From assembly GCA_013265495.1 (NCBI GenBank), contig MU058290.1, positions 248,001 through 312,000 of the forward strand: a DNA stretch of 64,000 bases, given 5' to 3'. The stretch's first letter is position 1. The number at the start of each line of letters is the position of its first letter. The stretch comes from Vicugna vicugna. Its lineage: Eukaryota. Shown piece after piece: positions 1 to 11,300 of the stretch. Below the pieces are notes generated by a model. That model made no database searches, had not been told where the DNA came from, and saw only the letters and a program-made list of their open reading frames with translations. A program made the position numbers and the translations under genes.

Positions 1-883
1 GACTCCCTCAAAATTGAGTGCAAAATAGTATATGCTCATGTTTTTCTGTGGAAAAGTGCCATAGCTTTCACCAGATTCTCAAAAGCTTCTGAATCCCACT
101 GACTGGCATTGTAGCAACAGTGGTGAACAAGGCTAAAGGGCCTTGGTCCTCAGGAACTTATAGTCTGGTGGGACGAAAGACAGACGGACAGGCAACTACA
201 CACAGGGGATGTGTTCTGTGATAGAGGGGGTACAGTGTTGTGTGAATGTAGAAGTACCAGACTTGGGGCTGGGTGTCAGCTGAGGCTCCTTGGAGGAACT
301 GACTATTAAATTGAGGCCTTGAGAGTGAGAGGAAGGTAGAATTTGTCCTAGTACAGGAGGGGTTGGGGGAAAGGGGTGGTCTTGGTAGAAGGAAGAGTGT
401 TCCAGGTATCTGCCTGTGCAAAAGCTGAGAGTCAAGAGATACTTTGGAAATTCGTAAGCTAAAAAGAGTTTGTATGGTTCAAGCTTAAAGTTAGATGGGA
501 GCAGCAGTAAGAGATGAGGCTGGGAGATCAGAAGCCAGGTTCCGTGTGTGATGCTGGGCAGACAGAGGTGAACAAAACAAAGGAGCCCTGACCCTTGGGG
601 AGTTTTATTTTAGCAATGAGAAACAGTGAACAAGTAGGAAAATAAGCTAACTAGATAAAATTTTTTACCATGATAAAATAAACAAGGTGATGTTGTAAAT
701 GGTAGCTGGGGTATGTATTGGGAGCTCCTTCAGGCAGATCTACATAGCGTATGCCACATGGATTGGAGGGTTGCAGCAAAGGTGGTCGCAGGCAAAATGG
801 AGACAGCTGGGTAGATTTCAGAGACTTTGAGGGAGAAGAATCATGAGGATTTCGTAGTTTACTGGATAATAATAAAGACAACA

Positions 884-1092
884 AATAACAATAGCTTCCA
901 TTTATTGAAAGCTTACTAAGTACCAGGTACTACCTTGAGTGCTTAATATATATTTTTTTCTTGTTTATTCCTGTAGCAACTCTGTGAGGTAGGTGTTTAT
1001 TTCAATTTTGTAGGAAACTGCAGCACAGAGAATTTAAGTAACTAGCCCAAAGTCCCATCAGGATTCAAACTCAAGCCTGTTTTACTCCAAAC
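884..1092 (-). mobile_element. MIR SINE relic within a broader L2-derived region (~430-1690)
   Basis: MIR core tttgtaggaaactgcagcacagagaatttaagtaactagcccaaagtc; the purine-rich flanks resemble L2. Confidence 0.65.
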
Positions 1093-2093
1093 CCCTGTAA
1101 GCAGAGGGGGCAGTGAGGGGGGAGTGGAATTGGGGAAGAGGTAGAAAAATGATAGATTTGGAATCTGGAATTTTGGGTACCTTTGAGTTATCCAAGTGGA
1201 GATGTCTAACAGGGTAATGGATAAATGAGTATGAAGCTCAGATGAGATCAAGGGCAAGGAATAAATTTGTGAGTTGTCAGCATAGAAGTGTTATCTGGAG
1301 CAACAGAGTGGGTGAAACCACCCTGAGAAAGTATATAGGAGGGTTAGAAAAGAACTCTTAAGGAGGATCAACCTTCACGGAATGGCAGAGAAGGAACCCC
1401 CAAGAAGGTGTGGTCAGAGTTGTAAGAAGAATACCAAGACAGTAGCCCCACAGAAGCCAAAGGTAGAGAGTTTCCGTGAGAGAATGGTCACAGTGTCATA
1501 GTCTACTTGAGAGATGAAGTAAGATGAGGACCAAGATACATCTATTCTTGTAGTAACAAGAATTCCGTTAGTTACCCAAGAGGACAGGCTTGGAGGAATA
1601 GTGGGGACAGAATCCCATTTAGTTGGTTGAAGAGTGAGTAGGAGGCAAGGAAGTTGAGGTGGTGAGTATAGACAGCTTGATCAAAATGTTTGTTTCTCTG
1701 GAGCTAAGAATCCAGAGTCCAGATTACAGGTATGGCCCCTGTGCTGAGTTGGGGTCATACCAATACCCCTTCATGAGAAGACATACTCCTTTCCTCCCCA
1801 GCCCTTGCTTTTCTTTTCTTTTTTTTTTAAATTCCCTGCTCTTAAGCTTTTCCTTACCTTTTCCCTACTCCTCTCCCTTAGTATACTCCCTATAGAATAC
1901 TCCCCAAGTAAGTCCTTGGAATGAACCCAGCCCTAGAAGAACAAATACTGGTTGTTCTCTGCCTGCAGGTCACCGGCATTACCAGGAGGGCTACAGGAAA
2001 GATGTAGTCCCAGTCACATGCACTCCCAACACAGCCAGTTGCTCATCACCGGACTTTCTCTCCTTCTAGGCATACACTGGTTGGGATCTAGCC

Positions 2094-2342
2094 ATGGAGC
2101 AACTCCAAGGGTGTGTGTCTACCTGCCGGGACATTCTTTCCTTAGAGAACCAGTGCCTGGCTGCACTTCCTGACCTGAAGACCCTGAAGACATCACATGG
2201 GCGTGTGTCTGCCCACTCAGACATCCTCTCCCTGGAGAACCGGTGCCTGGCCACACTTCCTGACCTGAAGACACCACATGGGCATATATCTGCCCACTCA
2301 GACATCCTCTCCCTGGAGAACCGGTGCCTGGCCGCACTCCCT
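2094..2342 (+). repeat. Coding tandem repeat: TEP1 N-terminal 30-aa (90-bp) units, about 3 copies
   Basis: Units start at 2094, 2184 and 2274. Each carries gacat(c/t)ct(c/t)tcc(c/t)t(g/a)gagaacc(a/g)gtgcctggc, encoding DILSLEN(Q/R)CLA. Confidence 0.93.
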
Positions 2343-5300
2343 GTGTCTGCCAGCCCCTTGCTCCGGTGTCTCCAGGTATCTCACCTGGTACAGACTGATC
2401 TGTGCAGCCTGAACACCAGCAACCACCTGCGCTCTGAGCCTCCAGCCTCAAGGGCTCAGTGCCTCTCTGAGGAACAGGGCCTCCTGACCTGCCCCAGGGC
2501 TTTGAAATCCGTCTCTGCTCCAGAGAAAGCTCAGGAAGCAGCTTTGGTAAGATCGCCCTTGGCACTTGTCTTCACTTCAGCCACGTCTGTTAGAGGCGCT
2601 AGGTGCTGGCTTTCGATGTCTGTGTACCTTCTGTCCTCAGAGCCTCTTCCCGAGGTGCCCTTTACCCGAAGGCTGTCTTCATCAGCATCGTTACTCTTAT
2701 TGCATATCCAATTCAGATGTTCTGGACAGAGCAAAAACAGGTTTTGTTTTTAGAACACCTCTCCGCGGGAGGAGAGCCAGCGTGATATTGCTGTAGCAGA
2801 GTCAGTCTGGTGCTTTTGAGATCTTACAAGTCATGAGATGCAGCCACTACACCCTGGGTGTGCACATGGTGACACATGTCCACTTGTACACATCTGTACA
2901 AGCATGTTTAGTATACAGGTCAGGATCACTAGACAAACACATTCCTTCTGTAGGACTGAGGGAAACGCAAATCTGAGCCCTCTACTATCTCTGCCAATTA
3001 TAAGCCATTCAAACTTGGGTGAGACTCTTAACCTTTGGAAGCTTTAATTTCCTCACTTTTAAGATGAGGTCTGTGAAAATCTACCTCCCAGGGTCATTGT
3101 CAGGATTACGACTACCGCCATCTTACATTTATTTAGGGCTTTGTAATTTGCAAAGAGTTGTACACACATGATCCCATTTAATCTTCTAAGTGCCCCATCA
3201 GGTAGGTGCCAGGGGATGAGGAGGCTGAGGCTCATAGAGGGTAAGCTCGCGGTTGCTGGGGGATTGATCTGGATCTTGGCCCTTGTTCTTCTGACTCCAG
3301 AATACCTTAATAGCATCTCAGGAGGTGTGTTGTGAGGGGTGCTAGGCTCCTGGGCTGTGATGTCAATAAGGAGATGAGAGTGGGGAGATCACGAAGCCCC
3401 TGAGCAGAGGCTCAGACGTTGATGTGGGAGAGGGTGCGTGTGTGACAGTGAGGGAGCAGTCCGCCAGGCAGGACGGGTCAGTGCTGGGGCGTGAGGGAGT
3501 GGAGCTTTGGTGCTGAAAGATAGGTGTGGACTCTTCCTGGGCCTGGGAGCTGCTTTCAGCTTTCTCTCTCTGTTTAGGGGGCTGTGGGTGCGTGCTGGGA
3601 TTAATAGCTGCTGCTATCCCCAGGGTCATTGGTCTTCTGAAGAGAAAAAGCCAGAAGAGAAGGAATGGGCAGAAGCTCAAATGCCAATTTATAGTCTAAG
3701 CTTGGGAGAGGAGGAGGTGATGGAGGAGCTGGCCCTGAAGCTCACCCCTGGGAACTCCGAATCTTGTCCTGAGACTACTGACCAGGCCCTTTGGGAAAAG
3801 AAGGTATAAGTCCCATAGCTGGGGAGAGGTCGATGGTGGTGGAGGGGAGGGCTGGGGGAAGGTGGGAGGAGTGGTCACCAAAGGCTGAGCCAGATCCCCG
3901 CCACAGATGGAGGGGAAGGAGCTCTTATTTCTCAGGTCCTCACTCACTATTCTACCCTCTCAGCCAGACAAACATCTTCCTGAATCTGGGTTCATTCTCT
4001 CTGTCTCTGACTTTGTAAGTTGGCCTGAGTGGATGCTTAAGTTGGTCCTTATTACCTCTTTCCTCCTTTCTTCCCTCCTTCCCAATTTCCAGATGGTTCT
4101 AATGAGCTTCCTGTGTTCTACTCTGGCATCAAATGTAAACATGAAAGATGCAGTTTACTCTACCCAGATTTTCCTCCTTGAAGTTTGCAGTGAACTTGCC
4201 CCCTTGGAGCCTGAGTTTATCCTCAAGGTATTGTGGCATGAAGCTGGGGATGGGAGTGGGAAGCTAGGAGGTGGGGAATGTGGTTACGGTGTGTGAGGAG
4301 GATGGTGACCAGCTTTCTACTGGGGTGGAGGGACCTTTGCTGAGGAAGGTAGTAGGATCTCTGGGTGAGTCTGAGGCCTAGTCCCTGGGTTCTCTGAGGA
4401 GTGCAGGAAGATGGGATTGGGAAAGAGTAGGCTGGGGTTTATTTAATAAGCACCCAGGCTGAGTACACAATGCTAGGCCTTGGGGGTTATACCAACAGAT
4501 ATAATGAAACTTGGATCTGGTTCTTAAGAAGCCTATGGTATTGTTAGGGAAGCAAAAGTAACCCCAAATGTTATATAAATGCAAATAGAGGAGTAGTAGT
4601 GAATGTTTCAGAAGTAGAGAAAATAGGAGGGGAGAAATTGTTTTCCATGAGGCTTTGGAAGATGGCAGGGTAATCCAGCAGTTTGAACCCTAGGTAAGTT
4701 TTTGATAGATGTTGATGGTGGGAGGTCTTCCAAAGAGGGAAGGGCCTGGTTGAATTAGGAGGTGACAATAGACTTAGGAGAAGACATGCTGCGAAGGTGA
4801 ATAAGGGCTAGATTGCGGTGGATGTAGAATGCCAAGCCAAGAGGCTGGACTTCTATTTTACAGACAATATGGCAGCTCAGGAGAGGCTTTATGCAGGCAG
4901 ATTAGATAAACAAGTTAGTTTAGGGCACCGTGCTGTCAAGAAGTGGCTGAGATGCCAACCCTCCCTACCCTGTGCCCTAGGCATCTCTGTACGCCAGGCA
5001 GCAGCTGAATGTCCGGGATATGGCCAACAAAGTCTTGGCCATTGCTGCCTTCTTGCCAGTCTGCCGCCCCCACCTGCGACGATATTTCTGTGCCATTGTC
5101 CAGCTGCCTTCTGATTGGATCCAGGTGGCCGAGTTCTACCAGGTATGGCGTTCAGTTCTCTGAGCTTTGACTCTCACTTCATTCCCTCTCCTTTGCTCAC
5201 TGCGCCCCTAGGGAAAATTCTCAGACACTGTGGCCTCTCCTCAGCTGTCCTCAACCCTGGTGCCCAGACAGGACAGCTTTTCCCACTACTGGGCTGGGTT

Positions 5301-8300
5301 TCCCAACAGGGAGAATATGACTGAGGAGGGCTGGACTGAGTCTGAGAAATAACTGGTGTTATTCTGGACCTCGTGTTTACTGTGAAGAGAGCGAAAATTT
5401 TGCCAACAGACTCAGCTCCACAGAGATGGTCACTGCAGAGCTGGGGCTTGGGTGCTCCCTATTCTGTGCTGTCACTTTACCCCATGAAGTGTTCTCTTTC
5501 TGTTTTGGAGGGTCTCACTCCTGGTGGCTTCTCTCTCTGACAGAGCCTGGCTAGCAGAGGGGAGGACAAGCTGGTGCCCCTGCCTGCCTGCCTGCGTGCA
5601 GCAATGACAGACAAATTTGTCCAGTTTGATGAGTACCAGCTGGCTAAGTACAACCCTCGGAAGCACCGGGCCAAGCGACGGCCTCGCCGGTTGCCCCGCC
5701 CTCCAGTCAGTCCCTGCCTCAGCCCTGGTCATTCACAGCCTAGGCCCCCTTTCCCTGGAAAGTAGGGGGATGAGGGAATATGCTGACCCCCTAGGGAGTC
5801 CACGTTAAGCACCTGACATGTTTCTATCACCAGAAACAGAAGGAGTCAGAGAAATGCACAGGAGCCGGGGAGAGCCCAGGGGGCAGAGAGGACAGGGCAG
5901 GCTTCCCTTTTGGTAGAGATGGGCCTTCCGGGCTGTTGGGATGGGTCTCTCCAGGTGTCCCTTTTGGAAATGGCTTCTCCTGTCCCTACAGAAGGAGAGT
6001 TCATTCTCTAAGATGAAGCAATATTGGCCAAAGTTCATTCGGCCTCTTTACCGTGATCAGCTTATGGTGAGTGCCTTGTTCTGGGGTTCCAAATGTACAA
6101 GTCCAGTCTTTTCTCAACTTGGATTTAGAAATGGAATGCCATTTGGTTCAGAAACAGTAACAGTGGGTGTAGTAGGCACATGCCAGTCTCCTCCCTGGGG
6201 ACCTCGCAGCTGTGATGGTGGGTTTTGAGCACGCTGGGAAAGGCTCCTTTTATTTCCACTTGGCTCTCCATAGTGTCATACTTTACTGACCGGTGACACA
6301 TCCAGCTGGGTAAGTGAGTTAAAAACATTCTGATATGTCTACCTTCCACAGGAAGTTTTAAAAACAAACCAAACTTTTTTTTTTTTAACTTTACTAACAA
6401 ATAAGGCACTGCACTTAGTGGTTAAGAGTGTGGAATCTGGATTCAGACTACCTGGTTTGAATCCTGCCGCCACCACCACCACTTGCTGGCTATGCAACTT
6501 TGGCTAAATGACTTACCCTCTCCTGCCTCATTTTTCTCACATATAAAATGGGGATAATAGCAGTACCAACTTCACTGGGTTTTTGTGAGGATTAAATCAC
6601 TTACTGTATTTAAAGTATTTCTAACAATACCTGGCACTGAATAAGTCACCATCAATGTCTTTAAAATTGATTATTAGGAAAATATATATTAATATTACAA
6701 AAAAACCCCACATCCTCCATTGGTCCAGTCATTTTTTCCTCTTCATCCTATTAATACATCCCAAACTTAGCTCTTCTGCCATAGAAGATTCTGGAATCCA
6801 GCTTCTTTCAGTTTAACTCCTCGCAGACTGCGTTGTGCTGATGCCTCCATTTACCTGTTCCACGTCTCCGTGATGTAAATAAGAGCTGCCTCTCCTGCTC
6901 CCTCCTGAGAACAAGGTGTTCTCAGTTTATTCTGTCCTCATCTTGTTTTTTCACAAGCCAGTCATCCCATGTTAACCATTCAACCTTGTGGAAGTGAAAC
7001 ACAGTGACCCCAAAGATCCACTCTGTTTTGCTTGCCATGGGAGCTCTTGTTGTTGGAGAGTTTTGTCCCCTATTCCTAGTCTTAGACCAGATCTACTTTG
7101 GAGGAAGAAATTACCTCAGAGGTAGAGGATGGTCTTGGTTTTTGTTTTCTGAAGAAAGTGACCATGTCCCTTGAATTGAATGGCCCCTTTGGGACTTGGG
7201 GATATTTCCACAGTTTGAGGAGGCCTACAGTGCAGTGTCAGTGGAAAAGAAGGAGCCAAGGTTCACCCTGAAGAAGCTGGTACAGCGACTGCACATCCAC
7301 GAGCCTGCGCAGCACGTCCAAGCCCTGCTGGGCTGCAGGTGAGAAGCTGCACCCTGGGCACACACTCCATCTGGGTAGCCCCGACTCTTCCACACCCCTG
7401 GCCCCAATCCCTGCAGTTGGACCCCGGCAACATTAGTTTGGGCCAACGTAGCCTTAAACATGACTGGCTGGCTTTGACTGACTCACTTTTCCTTTTCTGA
7501 GTTGTTTTCAGCCGGCTTGGAAATGATAAGTTTTTCCCCCTCTGTCCCAGATACCCCTCCAACCTACAGGCCTTTTCTCGAAGTCGCCTTCCTGGGCCCT
7601 GGGATTCCAGCAGAGCTGGGAAACGGATGAAGCTCGCCCGGCCACTGACCTGGGAGCGGGAGCTGAGCTTGCGGGGGAGCAAAGCTTCCGTCTGGGAGGA
7701 ACTCATAGGTAGAGTAACCTTGGCCGTCACGCTCCCTTCCTCTCTTCCCTGTTCATGCCTCTACATTTGGAACTCTGACTAGAGGATTTCCAGGGCATGG
7801 TGGAGTTATTCTCCTGCCTGGTAGTTCCATCACTGAAAGTGATTGGATTTATAGGTCTGCCATTGACCCCACCAAAGTGGGTGGTGCTTTGAGTAGCATT
7901 GGCATCATAGGTGGGTAATTCCAGACGTGGTTGGGTGAGCTCCAGGCCTTTATCAACACATGACAAAAGTGGTGCCTTCTCTCCGATTTCACTTGTGTCA
8001 GTGTCTGTGTAACTCATCCAAACAAGGTAGGACTGGTCCATGGCCTCTTGGAATCGCCACCAAAACCCATTTTTAGGACATAAATATTTTAAGTAATTTG
8101 CCCACACTGATAAAGAGAAGTAGTTCAAATAGGGAGGACCAGATCACTTTCAGTCTTCTCCTTATTTTTGTGCTAGTTTATTTTTAACTCTAGAAGGCTC
8201 TTTCTATTCAAGTTTTTCTTCTACTTCCTCTTTCATCTTTGAAAATTTAAAATCAACTTCTCTCTGTTGAAAAATACCTGTCTATAGGCTTTCTGACGGC

Positions 8301-11300
8301 TTGAGTTTTGTAGACTTCATATTTTGGAGCTTCAGAAGCCCAAGTTGGCTTTTACTTCTCTGTGAGTTGCCATTTATAGATTGTCCTCAGGGCAGCCCGA
8401 ATTGCTCAGCTGCATATCAGTACTCTCACTTTGTGGTTGTCACTGGTGGCGTGTGTATCAGAATCACATGGGAACTAAAACACACACATGCGCACACATA
8501 CACACACGTGCTTGACAACCTCTTCCTGAATGTTTGATACAACTTTGGGTAGAGCAGGATTACGGGGTCTGCATGGCAGCCAGTATGCTGATGATTCTGG
8601 TGTGCGTCATCTGCACTTCCTCACTCTTCCCCTGAACATCAGAACTGTGCTGTTTCTCTTGGTTGACTCAAATGCCCATAGTCTAATCCAGTGGTCTCCA
8701 GAGTTTTTTGATCATATATTGCAGAAACAATTTTTGGGATACACCAGAATATATGTATATGTATTTTTAAAACTTTTATACGTGTACTAATAAATTATGT
8801 ACTTTAGGAAATACATAAAATACAATTATATAAATATGGTATGAAAATAGAACTAAATATATATATATATAAGTATCAGATAAAATGTAATAGCTGTACA
8901 GACCCCTCTTTGGAAACCACAGGCTCATTAATAACTCATTAATGACTTTTTTAGAATGAAATCAGTGAATTTCTCAATCCATGGGATAAATATTCATTTT
9001 ATTGTTTAATAGCATCAATATGATATTGAACTTAATTTATTTTCAGAATGCTCTAGAAAACCTTTCATACAGGGTGGGGGAGGGCAGAACTTAGTGGTAG
9101 AGCGTATGCTTAGCATGCATGAGAGCCTGGGTTCAATCCCCAGTACTTCCATTAAAAAAAATAAATAAATTATAAAATATTAAGAAAACCCTCCATACAT
9201 AGCAACAAGTGAGCAAAGCTTACGAATTGACCAAGAGTGCAGTAGTTCCGGTGTTGTCACACGTCACTTACGCTATATACACAACCTAACTGTTCTACAC
9301 AGCCTGCAAATCAGAGTTATGACTAGAGAACCCCAGGACTTCCAGAAAGCTGAAAGCTTCTGGCTGTAATTCAAATAAGACTTACCTGAAAAAAGGTACC
9401 ACCACTCTCCAAATAAAAGCTGCTGATGGTGATGGCTAGTGCCTGGGATGTGGGTGGGGGTCCAGTAGGCCTGGTCTCTAAATGTGTCTGAATGCATCTC
9501 TGGGGGACCCAGGAAAAATATCACAACTCCTACTTATGTTTACCTGTATCTCAAAGAAAGAATTTTTCCAGTATTTGCTATACAGATAGAACTCTAGCCA
9601 CTCAGTCCCATATTCTGTGGTTCAATGTCACATATTATAGTTGAGGTTCATTGAGGAAGCGTGGGAGATCCACAGCACAATGGAATTGGTGGTGCCCCCT
9701 CACTCTGCTTTCTGTACAGTGTGACTTATTGCAGCTTATCTTTGAATTGCAAACAGATTTAGAATTATTATTCAGTATTAACCAAACTAACCCTCTAAAA
9801 CTGACATAAGCCTTAAGAAGTTTCTTGAGAAACTGTGACTTGAAGGGAATACTCATCACAGGGAGAAGTGAAAAATAAAAAAGAGACAGAAGTGAAATTC
9901 TGCTTCAGTGCAAGTCTTTTTCATCTATCTTTAAATAAAAATAGTGACTGCTGAATCAGCTCTTACAGGACATTGGCCAAAACACTTAAGAATTATCAAG
10001 AAGACTATTTGAAATACGGAGTTACGTTCACCTTTACCTTATTAACTAACAAATATTAACTAATGATTGTACTACATACATGTAATTTATAACTAAGATT
10101 GTACTAGGAAATATCTCCAAAAATTCTGGAAGTCATTACTCTAGAGAATTGTATTTTGCCAGTTGAGCCCAATCTCAGGGCTGGTGCCAACAGACAAAGT
10201 GATAACCTAAGTTGTTTGTTGATGTAGCCAATCCCATAAACTGTAGATTTTGCTCCAAGCTCAGGCAACCCGGTTTATCTCTTTCCAGACCTTTAAAACA
10301 TTTTGAGTAGGAAAGATCACCTGTTAGTACCTCCTTTCCTCCAACCTGACTATTCTGCATGGCCTCTGAGCTTCTTGCTCCAGTCTCTGACCTCTCTCAC
10401 TCATCCTTTGTTTGCCTTTCTCACCCTGTGCCCGACCTTCCACAGACAGTGGGAAGCTTCCCTTCATGGCCATGCTCCGGAATCTGTGCAACCTGCTGCG
10501 CGTTGGAATCAGCACACACCACCACGAGCTTGTGCTCCAGAGACTCCAGCATGCCGTATGTGTGAGGGGCGGGGAGCCAGGCTTCTCCTGGTGGCTGGGG
10601 AAGGTCACAGCCACCAGGTTATTTCCTTGTGGGCTGTAAACAGGTGTGGAGGTACAGATAGGTCTGGGGTTCATCATCCCTTTGAGGAATTAGAATGTTA
10701 GAACTTTCCTTTTGATTTTCTGAGATAATTTCTGTGACTACTAACTTCAGAGGGAGTCTAATATAGAAGAAGCAGGGGACCTTCTATTACTTCCTCTCCT
10801 TTCTTTTTCACCTCCTCTCATATTCTCACATGACATCTTTCTTTCTTTTTTTTTTTAATTGAAGTATAGTCAGTTTACAGTATTGTGTCCATTTCTGGTG
10901 TACAGCATAATGTTTCAGTCATACACAGACATACATATATTCATTTTCGTATTCTTTTTCATTAAAGGTTACTGCAAGATATTGAATATAGTTTCCTGTA
11001 CTATACAGAAGAAACTTGTTGTATATCTATTTTATATATATAGTAGTTAGTATCTGCAAATCTCAGGCTTCCAGTTTATCCTTTCCCACCCCCTTTCTTC
11101 TCTGGTAACCATAAGTTTGTATTCTATGTCTGTGAGTCTGTTTCTGTTTTGTAAATAAGTTTATTTGTGTCTTTTTTTTTTAGATTACATATATGAGTGA
11201 TATCATATGATATTTTTCTTTTTCTTTCTGACTTACTTCACTTAGAATGGTGATCTCCAGTTTCATCCATGTTGCTGCAAGTAGTATTATTTTATTCCTT

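Noticed and set aside
2094..2342. CRISPR-like repeat-spacer appearance
   Set aside because: These are in-frame coding tandem repeats of TEP1 in a mammalian genome, with no unique spacers and no cas genes.
2547..2800. Intronic ORFs (2531-2734 -, 2566-2796 +) as a possible retrocopy
   Set aside because: No poly-A, no TSD and no recognisable protein similarity.
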